From Clostridia bacterium (GTDB taxonomy: Bacteria; Bacillota; Clostridia; Christensenellales; CAG-1252): a stretch of 34,242 bases of DNA. The notes under the pieces were generated by a model. That model was given only the letters and a program-made list of their open reading frames with translations. It ran no database searches and was not told the DNA's origin. Positions 1 through 8,496 of this stretch are shown piece after piece. Positions within the stretch are counted from its first letter, which is position 1; the number at the start of each line of letters is the position of its first letter. The translations under genes were made by a program, and so were the position numbers. The stretch spans positions 1 through 34,242 of the forward strand of contig JAEDHM010000001.1 in the NCBI GenBank assembly GCA_016296985.1, read 5' to 3'.

Positions 1-149
1 AAAAAAAGAAGGCTTTGGTGTGGTAGATAACTGAATTTAGTTGATTTTCAACGCTAACCACAAAACCCCAGACCAAGCAAAAGGACGTAAAAAGGCAATA
101 ACGCCGAGAGCGGTTTTCACGAGGAAAAAGCAAGAAAGACAAGTTTTAT
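1..149. repeat. Copy 1 of a ~150-nt non-coding direct repeat (window may start inside it)
   Basis: aagaaggctttggtgtggtagataactgaatttagttgattttcaacgct...ggcaataacgccgagagcgg...caagaaagacaagttttat recurs at 176-331. The copies differ by a few substitutions and by indels of 1, 2 and 4 nt. Confidence 0.85.
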
Positions 150-175
150 CACAAACTCTACTAATCAAGAAAACA

Positions 176-331
176 TAAAAAAGAAGGCTTTGGTGTGGTA
201 GATAACTGAATTTAGTTGATTTTTCAACGCTTACCACAAAACCCCAAACCAAGCAAAAGGACACAAAAAAAGGCAATAACGCCGAGAGCGGTTGATTTTC
301 ACGAGAAAAAAGCAAGAAAGACAAGTTTTAT
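176..331. repeat. Copy 2 of the ~150-nt direct repeat
   Basis: By-eye alignment to 1-149. The offset grows from 175 to 182 nt because of the three small indels. Confidence 0.85.
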
Positions 332-389
332 TGCGAAGGAGCATACTTGAAAAGTCTGTGACTGAGCAAAAAACGTAGTATTTCGCAGA

Positions 390-433
390 TTTTTTCCGTG
401 AAAATTGACTGAAATCGGTGTTATTGCCTTTTT
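390..433. repeat. Inverted partial copy of the repeat core; pairs with 267-311
   Basis: The reverse complement of 390-433 is aaaaaggcaataacaccgatttcagtcaattttcacggaaaaaa. Positions 267-311 read aaaaaggcaataacgccgagagcggttgattttcacgagaaaaaa. The outer arm matches 18/19 and the inner arm about 16 nt. On the minus strand the stem is followed by a U7 run, so it may terminate the response-regulator transcript. Confidence 0.6.
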
Positions 434-436
434 AAA

Positions 437-1120
437 CTACATATCAGAGCGAGTAAAACGATAACCCACGCCACGGACTGTTTCGATATAGTCAACGGGA
501 ATTTTCTCCCTTATGTGGGTAAGGTGAACTACGACTGTACCCGAATCGCCAAAGGGTTCAAGCCCCCAAACCTTTTGGAAAATTTGATCCTTTGAGAAAA
601 CGATATTGGGGTTTGACGCCAAGAAATACAACAAGTCGAATTCCTTTGCAGTCAAGGTTATTTCGTCGTTTTTGTAGAATACACGACGAGGCAAGGGTTG
701 AATCTTCAAATCACCGTATTCAACGTCAACGCCGTTGTTGTCGCTACTACCCTTTATACGTTCGTATCTTGCGATATGAGCCTTTACCCTTGCTACCAAT
801 TCGGCAGGGTCGAAGGGCTTTGTGATATAGTCGTCGGCGCCAATGCCAAGACCACGGATTTTGTCAATGCTTGCTACCTTTGCGGTAACCATAAAGACGG
901 GGGTATCCTTTGTCTTTCTTATGCGACGGCAAATTTCAAAACCGTCCATATCGGGTAGCATCAAATCAAGAACGATCAAGTCAAAACTTTCACTTAAAGC
1001 GCGTTTGCATCCCATAACGCCGTTTGCTTCGTGCTCAACGCTAAAACCTTCAAGCTCGAGATAATCTCTTTCAATTTCAGCGATATTCTTTTCGTCCTCG
1101 ATAATAAGTATCTTTTTCAT
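437..1120 (-). CDS. OmpR/PhoB-family response regulator
   Basis: 227-aa ORF. Receiver domain with DLIVLDLMLPDMDG. C-terminal winged helix with LTAKEFDLLYFL, QKVWG and VRGVGYRF. GGAGG sits upstream of the ATG. Stop codon is TAG. Confidence 0.9.
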   Translation of the reverse strand: MKKILIIEDEKNIAEIERDYLELEGFSVEHEANGVMGCKRALSESFDLIVLDLMLPDMDGFEICRRIRKTKDTPVFMVTAKVASIDKIRGLGIGADDYITKPFDPAELVARVKAHIARYERIKGSSDNNGVDVEYGDLKIQPLPRRVFYKNDEITLTAKEFDLLYFLASNPNIVFSKDQIFQKVWGLEPFGDSGTVVVHLTHIREKIPVDYIETVRGVGYRFTRSDM

Positions 1121-1122
1121 AT

Positions 1123-2541
1123 TTACCTCCTTAGGGGGATTGTAATTTTGATTGCAAGGCCACCGTCGTTGTAGGCTTCAACTCTGCCATGATGAGCGGT
1201 AACGATGTTTTTAACAACGGAAAGACCTAAACCGCTTCCCGAAGTGGGGTTTGTACGGGAGGGATCTCCCCTGTAATAACTTTCAAAAATGTAGTCAAGT
1301 TCGTACTCGGAAACGCCGGGGCCGTCGTCTTTGATAAGAATTTCGACCTCTTTACCCACCGCTTTTATAGTCAAGTAGGCGTTTGCTTCTTCTTTGTCTT
1401 TGTATTTTACGCTGTTGTCGAATATGTTTTGGAAAACACGTAAAAACTGTTCTTTATCCATATGACACAACACGCTGTCGGGACTGTATTGTACGTGGAT
1501 TGTAAGTCCGTTGCCCAAATACTGAATATTGTATTTTTGCATAAAGTCTTTTACCACCGCATTCAAATCCCTTGACGTAAAGGAATATACGATAGTATCT
1601 ATATCTCGCTTTGAAAAATCCCTCAATCTATCAACTAACGCGTTCATAGTAAAGGCGGTTTTGTAGATTTTCATAGCGTATTCTTTGCTTTTACCCATAC
1701 GTTCGGCAACGCCGTCTACCAAACCCTATGAATAGCCTTGTATGGTGGTAAGAGGTGTTTTCAAGTCGTGACTTATGCCTGCGATAACCTCGCCCCTTTG
1801 ACGGTCGAAGGCCTCTTTTTGCTTGTTTAACTCGCAAAGTTGACGGCGCATAAGTTCGAACTCAACGGCTAGTTTTCCTATTATGTCCTTTCTTCCGTAC
1901 TTTTTAATGGAAACTTGATAGTTGTAGTCCCCGCGGTAAATTGCGCTTAAAGCCTCTTTCAACTTGTACATACGGGGGATAAGCAAGACGTACTCAAGGA
2001 CGTAGACGATAACCACCACGCCGATGATAAAGATAACGCAACACAAAAGGATTATGCCCATCATTTTGGCGGGATCGTGACTGCCTGATGCAAAGGTGTT
2101 TACAAAAAGTATATCGTCGGAGCCAACCTTTTGAGAGGCAACCATTGTTACCCCTACAATTGAAAAGTCGAAGGTTTCGCTTGCCCTTACGTTGTTTTTA
2201 GCAAACCAAGTTTCGGAAGTATTACATCTTCCCTTGTACAAAACCTCGCCCCCTCGCAAAACGAGAAGTTTTAATTCTGTGTTGGAGTTTTGAAGTTTTG
2301 CATCAAAAAGATCCAACTTTTCCTTCAACAAGGCGGGAGTTTTGCTTTCCTCGGGCATCGTCTTGTATTTCGCCACAAACTCAGACATAAAACTTTCAAC
2401 CTCTGAAAAGGTGTTTGCGTTGATGTTATATCTTATCTCTCCCGCTTTTGACAAAACCAAAACCGCTGAAACAGCCAGTGAGGCTATAACAAGGATTACA
2501 AGCATCAAATTGATTAAAAGCAGTTTTGTTTTCAATTTCAT
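1123..2541 (-). pseudogene. Sensor histidine kinase interrupted by a single in-frame TAG (1726-1728)
   Basis: ORF 1726-2541 has two TM segments, a HAMP-like linker and the H-box ISHDLKTPLTTIQGYS. ORF 1123-1722 has the ATPase boxes DNSVKY, DDGPGV and GSGLGLS. Both are in the same frame, and the read-through gives TIQGYS*GLVDGVAERM. Confidence 0.8.
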
Positions 2542-2547
2542 AGGTAG

Positions 2548-2576
2548 ATTATAGCATAGGAGATTCTTTTCTTCAA
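2548..2576 (-). promoter_or_regulatory. Sigma-70-type promoter of the kinase gene; apparently leaderless
   Basis: Minus strand reads TTGAAG (2571-2576), 17 nt, TATAAT (2548-2553), 6 nt, then ATG (2539-2541). There is no Shine-Dalgarno sequence. Confidence 0.5.
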
Positions 2577-2595
2577 GTCCAATTTCACAAATAAA

Positions 2596-3426
2596 CTAGT
2601 CGTCTATGCCAAGCAGTTTTTTTGTTTCTTCTTCTAAAACCACGTATCCGCTCCCCGGCAAACCGCCGTGTCCGCTGTCGTGGAAATCGCTACCGCCCGT
2701 TGCGTGAAGTTTTCTTTTTATGGCAATTTCTTTCAAACTCTCCCTATCCCTTTCGCTGTGGGAGTGGTAATAACATTCCATACCGTCAAGTCCTAGGGGA
2801 ATAAGGATATCAAGCAACTCTTCAAGTTTTCCGCTTCGCATCAAGTTTGCAGGGTGAGCAAGAGAGGTAAATGCTCCGAATTCTTTCAATTTACTTACTG
2901 CATCGGGGGTGGGAATACGTAGGACGGAAACAAAGCAAGGTTGTCCTACCCCGATAAACCTATCAAAAGCCTCGGCAGGACTACGGCAAAAGCCCTTTTC
3001 CGCCATAACTTTTGCAATTTGATATCTTCCTACCACAACGCTTTCCGCATCCTTTTTTATCTCGTCGTAGTCAAGGACCACGCCGTTTGAGCGAAGGCGT
3101 TTGATTATCAATTTGTTTCTTTCTTCACGCATCTCTTTCAAGTAGTCGAGAAATGCCAAAAATTTTTCATCTTGATAGGGAATGCCATAGCCTAAAATAT
3201 GCACTTCTTCACCGTTGTAGGTGGTAGAAAGTTCTACCCCGGGCAAAACTTTTACGCCCAAGCGTTTTCCCTCTTCGATTGCCTCGGCAACACCGCTTAC
3301 GGTATCGTGATCGGTCAAAGCAATGGCGTTCAAGCCCCTTTGCTTGCAAAAAGCGACCAAATCCTTGGGAGTTGATCCGCCGTCACTTTTGTTGCTGTGC
3401 ATGTGAAAATCGTAGATATTATTCAT
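2596..3426 (-). CDS. PHP-domain phosphoesterase (TrpH/YciV-like)
   Basis: Motifs IYDFHMHSNKSDG, ALTDHDTVSG and GGSDFHD. I chose the start MNNIYDF, whose ATG overlaps the rmuC stop (ATGAATAA). The track ORF extends a further 20 codons upstream. Confidence 0.8.
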   Translation of the reverse strand: MNNIYDFHMHSNKSDGGSTPKDLVAFCKQRGLNAIALTDHDTVSGVAEAIEEGKRLGVKVLPGVELSTTYNGEEVHILGYGIPYQDEKFLAFLDYLKEMREERNKLIIKRLRSNGVVLDYDEIKKDAESVVVGRYQIAKVMAEKGFCRSPAEAFDRFIGVGQPCFVSVLRIPTPDAVSKLKEFGAFTSLAHPANLMRSGKLEELLDILIPLGLDGMECYYHSHSERDRESLKEIAIKRKLHATGGSDFHDSGHGGLPGSGYVVLEEETKKLLGIDD

Positions 3427-4708
3427 TGTCAGTATCCAATAGATTGTTACCGTCAAGGGATAAGACCTTGCCGATACTCGTTTCAATTTTTTGAGTTTTG
3501 TCGGTCATTGCTCGCATATGGTTGACCAGTTGTTCCGCATTCTTTTGGCTTTTTGCAAGTTCTTCAGTAAAATCTTCAAATTGCTTTTTGAACTTGTTGA
3601 AAAGTTTCAAAATTTCCCTACTATTTTTCTCAATTGCCAAGGATTTGAAACCAAGTTGCAAACTGTTAAGCAATGCGGCAAAAGTGGTAGGACCCGCAAT
3701 CATAACCTTGTATTCGGTACGCAGTTTTTCCACAAGCCCTGCCCTTTTCGCTACCTCTGCGAAAAGTCCCTCGATAGGAAGATATAAGATACCGAAGTCA
3801 ACGGTGTGAGGGGGAAGGATGTACTTGTTTTTGATATCCATCGCCTCGGATTTTACTCTTTCTTCCAAAGCCTTTGATGCGCTTTCAAACAAGGCTTTAT
3901 CTCCGCTTTGCGACGCTTCAACCAAACGTTGGTAGTCCTCAAGAGGGAATTTTGAGTCAATAGGTAAAAGAATTCTTCCATCACCTTGACCGGGCATTAC
4001 AACCGCATATTCTACAAACTTATTGCTTTTCCCAAGACGGACGTTGGTATCGTATTGCTCGGGAGCAAGGATTTCTTCAAGCAAACTACCCAAAGAGATT
4101 TCTCCCCAAATACCACGAGTTTTGACACCGGTCATAACCTTTTTTAAGTCGGTTACGTTTTGGGACAAAGCGCGCATTTCGCCAAGTCCTTCGTGAACCT
4201 TTGCAAGTTTGTCGCCGATAAGACCGAAGGATTGACCAAGTTGTTGTTCTAAACTAGCCTGCAACTTTTCGTCCACCGTCTTTCTCATCTCGTCAAGTTT
4301 CGCCGAGTTGCTTTCCCTTATATCCGCCAAGGTTTTGATTACGTCGGCCTTCAGAGAATTTATCCTTCTTTCGGTGTCAACGGTAAGTTGTTGTTGTCTT
4401 TCTTCAAGACGAGCCATACTGTCGCTTACGCTTTTCAGTAAGTTTGCAACGCCACGGGACTGAGCCTCGCCGAAAAGACCAAGACTGTCAGACATATTTT
4501 TGTTTCCGCCGGATATTGCGGTAAGCAAAGTTTCACGCAAGATGCGAATTTCGTTGTTTACCCTTTGTTCGAAAAGTTCAAGTTCTCTATTCTCCTCTTT
4601 TACCTCTACTTTATCCTTTTGCTTTTTAGCGTAATAAAGGACCAAGACAACAGATGAAAGTCCTGCTAAAAGGGAAATTATAGAAAGAACGAGGATGGCA
4701 ACTAGCAT
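3419..4708 (-). CDS. rmuC: DNA recombination protein RmuC
   Basis: 429 aa with an N-terminal TM segment and a long coiled coil. The C-terminal region (LPIDSKFPLEDYQRL, VMIAGPTTFAALLNSLQLGF) is typical of RmuC. Confidence 0.8.
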   Translation of the reverse strand: MLVAILVLSIISLLAGLSSVVLVLYYAKKQKDKVEVKEENRELELFEQRVNNEIRILRETLLTAISGGNKNMSDSLGLFGEAQSRGVANLLKSVSDSMARLEERQQQLTVDTERRINSLKADVIKTLADIRESNSAKLDEMRKTVDEKLQASLEQQLGQSFGLIGDKLAKVHEGLGEMRALSQNVTDLKKVMTGVKTRGIWGEISLGSLLEEILAPEQYDTNVRLGKSNKFVEYAVVMPGQGDGRILLPIDSKFPLEDYQRLVEASQSGDKALFESASKALEERVKSEAMDIKNKYILPPHTVDFGILYLPIEGLFAEVAKRAGLVEKLRTEYKVMIAGPTTFAALLNSLQLGFKSLAIEKNSREILKLFNKFKKQFEDFTEELAKSQKNAEQLVNHMRAMTDKTQKIETSIGKVLSLDGNNLLDTDNE

Positions 4709-5997
4709 TTCAAACTCTCCGCAATGGCAAGTTCTTCCTCTCTGTTGAAACGCTTGCCCGAAAGAGCGGAACGCTTGAGTATAGTTTGTAAAACTTCTCC
4801 TATTTTAATGGGAGGGAAGCCCAAAGCGATAACGTCGGCGCCACGCAAAACCAAGTCGCTGATTTTGTAAGGCACGTTGTTTTCTTTCATAAATTGATAT
4901 TCTCTTTCAATGGCTTGAATATTGGGTGTTTCGCCCCCTTCCAAAGCCTTTATCAACAAAAGAATTTTATCCATATATACAAAGTTTTCTTGAACGAAAA
5001 GTTTTATTTCCTCAACGCTCTTACCCTTGCATCTATGGAAACCGCTTGCCAAAACAAGGTGATAAACTTCGCTTCGTACCATTTCCTTGTACTTAAGTCC
5101 AAGTTCGTGTCCTAAAACAACACGGGATAATTCGGCGGAATCCTTTGCAGTTTTTTCGTGATCTTCAAAATCCTTTACGCTTTCGGAAATGCAGTGGATT
5201 AAAGCGGCAAGCCTTACGGAAGGATGAGCAGAGGCGGCGGCATCAATACCACGGAACAAGGCGTTGTTTTTGTTTACGCCGAATTCGGGAATTATGTACT
5301 GCCATGCGTCAAGGTCGGAGAGAAGGGTAAGCCCAATTCTTACACCCTCTTTGTTTCCGTACTTTTCATTAGATGCCAAAATCCTATCAAGCTCCATCCT
5401 GATTCTTTCGCCAGAGATGTTTTTGAGGTTTTTGCAAAGTTGTTTTGCAACCTCAAGGGTACGTTCTTCAATGGAAAAGCCCAATTCTGCGGCAAAGCGA
5501 GCCAAGCGCATAATTCTAAGGCCGTCTTCGTCAAAAACCTTTTCGGGTTTTGCAACGGTGCGCAATATCTTTGCATCGATATCCACGATACCGTCGGTAG
5601 GGTCAACCAATTTTTCATTTTTGATATCGAAATAAACGGCGTTTACCGTAAAGTCACGGCGCAAAGCGTCAAGTTTGATATCCTTTACAAAGCTTACGGA
5701 CACGGGAGTGTGCTCGCCACCTTCGGCATAGCTATCTTCACGGAAACAGGTGTATTCATAACTTTCTTCACCCACGGTGATTTTCAAGGTTCCGATACGA
5801 GGATTTACAGGAACTACCTTAATATCAGTTCCTGCCAAAATCTTTTCAATCTCTTCAGGGGTATATGCTCCGCAAATGTCGATATCCGTCCCGGTGTAGT
5901 CGCCGAAACAAATGGTGTTTCTTACGTAACCGCCTACGATATAGAGGGGGTCGGAAAAATAGCTTTGTAATTTTTTCAAATTTTCAGTGATTCTCAT
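4702..5997 (-). CDS. cca: tRNA nucleotidyltransferase (CCA-adding) / poly(A) polymerase family
   Basis: Head domain with YIVGGYVRN, DIDICG and RRDFTVNAVYFD. Overlaps the rmuC start and the tilS stop, indicating translational coupling. Confidence 0.7.
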   Translation of the reverse strand: MRITENLKKLQSYFSDPLYIVGGYVRNTICFGDYTGTDIDICGAYTPEEIEKILAGTDIKVVPVNPRIGTLKITVGEESYEYTCFREDSYAEGGEHTPVSVSFVKDIKLDALRRDFTVNAVYFDIKNEKLVDPTDGIVDIDAKILRTVAKPEKVFDEDGLRIMRLARFAAELGFSIEERTLEVAKQLCKNLKNISGERIRMELDRILASNEKYGNKEGVRIGLTLLSDLDAWQYIIPEFGVNKNNALFRGIDAAASAHPSVRLAALIHCISESVKDFEDHEKTAKDSAELSRVVLGHELGLKYKEMVRSEVYHLVLASGFHRCKGKSVEEIKLFVQENFVYMDKILLLIKALEGGETPNIQAIEREYQFMKENNVPYKISDLVLRGADVIALGFPPIKIGEVLQTILKRSALSGKRFNREEELAIAESLKC

Positions 5998-7310
5998 TTA
6001 TTTTCTCCTAAATTGATTTCTTTGAGGGTAGCGGTGTAAACCTTTTTACTTTCAGTACCAACCTTTACTTTTGCGGAAATTTCAAAATCGCAAACCACAA
6101 AAACTTCGCTTTCCACCGCAATAAGAGGGGTTATCGCCCTTTTCCTGCGAGGGAATTTTTTGTCGTTGTAAAAGTCGCTTAAACTTCTTGTACCACCGCC
6201 GAATTTTTTTACGTAGTCCCCGTCACGCCTACTTCGTATAATAGCGGTAGGGGGAATTTTGTCTAAATCGAAAAATATTTTGTCGCCCTTTTGGTATTCC
6301 CTGATTTCCAAGATATAGTCGCCCCATCGGGTTTCCCCTACCTTAAAGGGATATACCTCGAGGACTTCTTCTTCAACTTTGTAAAAAACAAGGTTATCCT
6401 TTTCCCTTTCACAACGCACGCCACCTGCTAGGTCGATACCTGCGCCCGAGGAAGCGTCAAGCAATGGGAATATAAGTTGATAGTGTTTTTCCTCAAAATT
6501 GGTGGTTGCGCCAAGGGATTTTAAGCAATTATACACGCTTCTTTTCGCCAAGCGGACGTCCACCTCTTTAAGGGAATTGACGGCAATCAATCGCGCCTTG
6601 TTGTCACAAACGAATTGTGGTGCAAGGGAGTCAAGCAAAAGGGTATCTTCAAGGGCCAACTTTGCCAATCGGGAAATAGAGTCGCGATACATAGGGAAAC
6701 GGCTTTCAACAAGGGGCAACAGTTGGTTTCGTATAAAATTACGACTGTAATCGTTGGAAAGGTTTGTCGAGTCGGTAATATACTCAAGTCCTCTTTCCCT
6801 TGCATATTCCTCAAGCTCGGCTCTCGTCACGGAAAGCAAAGGACGGCAAAATCCGTCACGCTCTGCCAAAATACCCGAAAGGCCTCTCACCCCCGTACCA
6901 CGGAAAATACGCATAAGTACGGTTTCGCACAAGTCGTCTTTGTGATGGGCGGTGAAGATTTTGTCCACCTTATCCCCTAGTAGGGAATTAAAAAAGGCAT
7001 AGCGGAGCTCTCTGCCTGCCTGCTCGATTGTCAACTGATTTTCCTTTGCATAAGTAGGGACGTCAAGGGCCTTGAAAAAAAGAGGTAAACCGCGTTTTTC
7101 AGCCTCGGCCTTTACGAAAAGGCTGTCGCGAAGGGATTCATCCCCACGAATACCGTGATCAAGGTTTATAACTACAAGGGAAAAGTCTACCTTTTTATAT
7201 TGGCACAACATGTCCAAAAGGCAAACCGAATCAAGGCCACCGCTTACGGCAACGCCAATCCTTTCACCCCCCTTTATAAAACCATTAAGCAACTTATCCA
7301 AAGTGTTCAC
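5994..7310 (-). CDS. tilS: tRNA(Ile)-lysidine synthetase
   Basis: 438 aa with the PP-loop VAVSGGLDSVCLLDM. The C-terminal TilS-type domain includes RSRRDGDYVKKFGGGTRSL. GTG start at 7308-7310. Confidence 0.85.
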   Translation of the reverse strand: MNTLDKLLNGFIKGGERIGVAVSGGLDSVCLLDMLCQYKKVDFSLVVINLDHGIRGDESLRDSLFVKAEAEKRGLPLFFKALDVPTYAKENQLTIEQAGRELRYAFFNSLLGDKVDKIFTAHHKDDLCETVLMRIFRGTGVRGLSGILAERDGFCRPLLSVTRAELEEYARERGLEYITDSTNLSNDYSRNFIRNQLLPLVESRFPMYRDSISRLAKLALEDTLLLDSLAPQFVCDNKARLIAVNSLKEVDVRLAKRSVYNCLKSLGATTNFEEKHYQLIFPLLDASSGAGIDLAGGVRCEREKDNLVFYKVEEEVLEVYPFKVGETRWGDYILEIREYQKGDKIFFDLDKIPPTAIIRSRRDGDYVKKFGGGTRSLSDFYNDKKFPRRKRAITPLIAVESEVFVVCDFEISAKVKVGTESKKVYTATLKEINLGENK

Positions 7311-7316
7311 GGTTTT

Positions 7317-7345
7317 ATTATACCCCCCTATAAAAAAAAAGTCAA
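7317..7345 (-). promoter_or_regulatory. Candidate tilS promoter; leaderless geometry
   Basis: Minus strand reads TTGACT (7340-7345), 17 nt, TATAAT (7317-7322), 6 nt, then GTG (7308-7310). The -35 overlaps the upstream terminator stem. Confidence 0.4.
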
Positions 7346-7362
7346 TACCAAATGGTATTGAC
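7331..7362 (-). terminator. Rho-independent terminator after the ferredoxin gene
   Basis: A 9-bp stem (gtcaatacc/ggtattgac, 7341-7362) with a 4-nt loop. On the minus strand it is followed by a T9 run (7332-7340). Confidence 0.7.
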
Positions 7363-7380
7363 CTTTTCTTTCAGATGTTT

Positions 7381-7551
7381 TTACGCTTCGGTAATAGCAC
7401 CAACAGGGCATCCGCCTTCGCAAGCGCCACAGTCGATACAAGCTTCAGCATCGACTACAAACTTTCCGTCGCCTTCAGAAATAGCGTTTACGGGACAAGA
7501 TTCGGCGCATGCGCCACAAGAAAGACATTCATCACTGATAACTCTAGGCAT
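7381..7551 (-). CDS. 2x[4Fe-4S] ferredoxin (56 aa); absent from the ORF track because it is under 60 aa
   Basis: Hand translation: MPRVISDECLSCGACAESCPVNAISEGDGKFVVDAEACIDCGACEGGCPVGAITEA*. It contains two CxxCxxCxxxCP motifs. AGGAG lies 7 nt upstream of the ATG. Confidence 0.85.
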   Translation of the reverse strand: MPRVISDECLSCGACAESCPVNAISEGDGKFVVDAEACIDCGACEGGCPVGAITEA

Positions 7552-7582
7552 AATAGTTCTCCTTTATTTTTGATGTAAAAAT

Positions 7583-7611
7583 ATTGTACCACCTTTATTT
7601 TTAAAAGGCAA
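7583..7611 (-). promoter_or_regulatory. Ferredoxin promoter with extended -10
   Basis: Minus strand reads TTGCCT (7606-7611), 17 nt, then TGGTACAAT with the hexamer at 7583-7588. Confidence 0.5.
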
Positions 7612-7629
7612 TCTTTTTATAATAATTTC

Positions 7630-8496
7630 CTATTCTTCGTCGGGAATTTCGTCACTGTCGTCGTTATCCTCTGCTTCAACCACGGCCTTTTCTCCAACCG
7701 CCAATTCGGCAATGGGATATTTTTTGTACACCGGCACGTCGTCACGAAGGAATTTTACGGTAACTATCTTTTTAATCAAGTCGTTTGCATCAACTACGCC
7801 TTCGCCGTCGGGGGTGGAAACCTTACTTCCTACCTTAGGCATCTCCTTAACCGCCTCAACGTAGTAGTCGTTTTCGTATTTTAGGCAACACATAAGTTTT
7901 CCGCAAATACCGCTGATTTTGGTAGGAGAGAGAGAAAGTCCTTGCACTTTTGCCATCTTAATGCTTACTTTTTCGTAATCGGCAAGGTGTTGCGAGCAAC
8001 AGCAAGGCCTTCCGCAAGGGGCGAGCGCGCCACGCATTTTGATGTCGTCCCTTTCGTAAATTTGTCTTAGCTCGATACGGGTTTTCAAGACGCTTGCCAA
8101 GTCTTTTACAAGCTCTCTAAAGTCAACCCTGCCTTCGGCAGTAAAGTAGAAAATAACCTTTTTGCTGTCAAAGGTATATTCGCATTCCACAAGTTTAAGT
8201 CTTATGTTTCTTGCCTTCACCTTTTCGGCGGCAACGCCCATGGCGTAAATGCTTTTTTGTATAAGCGCCTCCGCTTGCTTTTTATCCTTTTCGGTTGCAC
8301 GACGTAAAACGGGCTTCAACTCGCCTGTTATACTCTTTTCCTCAACCTCTTTATTTCTAAGAGCCACAAGACCGTATTCCATACCCCTTGCGGTTTCAAC
8401 GATAACGTAATCGCCTTCGATATATTCTTCCCCTTTGGGATCGAAGTAATAAACTTTAGGGTTTGTTCTAAAACGAACGCCTATAACTGTTCTCAT
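7630..8496 (-). CDS. ricT: PSP1-domain protein YaaT/RicT
   Basis: 288 aa. Starts MRTVIGVRFRTNPKVYYFDP and carries the cysteine clusters CGRPCCC and CGKLMCCLKYE. It directly follows holB, as in Bacillus. Confidence 0.85.
   Translation of the reverse strand: MRTVIGVRFRTNPKVYYFDPKGEEYIEGDYVIVETARGMEYGLVALRNKEVEEKSITGELKPVLRRATEKDKKQAEALIQKSIYAMGVAAEKVKARNIRLKLVECEYTFDSKKVIFYFTAEGRVDFRELVKDLASVLKTRIELRQIYERDDIKMRGALAPCGRPCCCSQHLADYEKVSIKMAKVQGLSLSPTKISGICGKLMCCLKYENDYYVEAVKEMPKVGSKVSTPDGEGVVDANDLIKKIVTVKFLRDDVPVYKKYPIAELAVGEKAVVEAEDNDDSDEIPDEE

Noticed and set aside
37-324. 95-aa minus-strand ORF spanning both copies of the 150-nt repeat
   Set aside because: The two repeat copies differ by indels of 1, 2 and 4 nt, so the frame is not conserved between them. 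The peptide is low-complexity and hydrophobic, and there is no ribosome-binding site. I treat the region as non-coding repeat DNA.
1-331. CRISPR array
   Set aside because: There are only two repeat units of about 150 nt each, separated by a ~25-nt spacer. No short regular repeat-spacer periodicity and no cas genes are present.
1726-1728. In-frame TAG in the kinase as evidence for stop-codon reassignment or pyrrolysine
   Set aside because: TAG is used as the ordinary stop of at least three well-defined genes in the same window: the response regulator at 437-439, the PHP gene at 2596-2598 and cca at 4702-4704. No pyl genes are visible. A nonsense mutation or a sequencing error is the simpler explanation.
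5224-5970. 248-aa plus-strand ORF antisense to cca; also 24558-25304 antisense to the 449-aa gene and 30417-31010 antisense to the glucosidase
   Set aside because: In each case the opposite strand encodes a protein with clear family motifs. These antisense ORFs have no recognisable motifs or translation signals.
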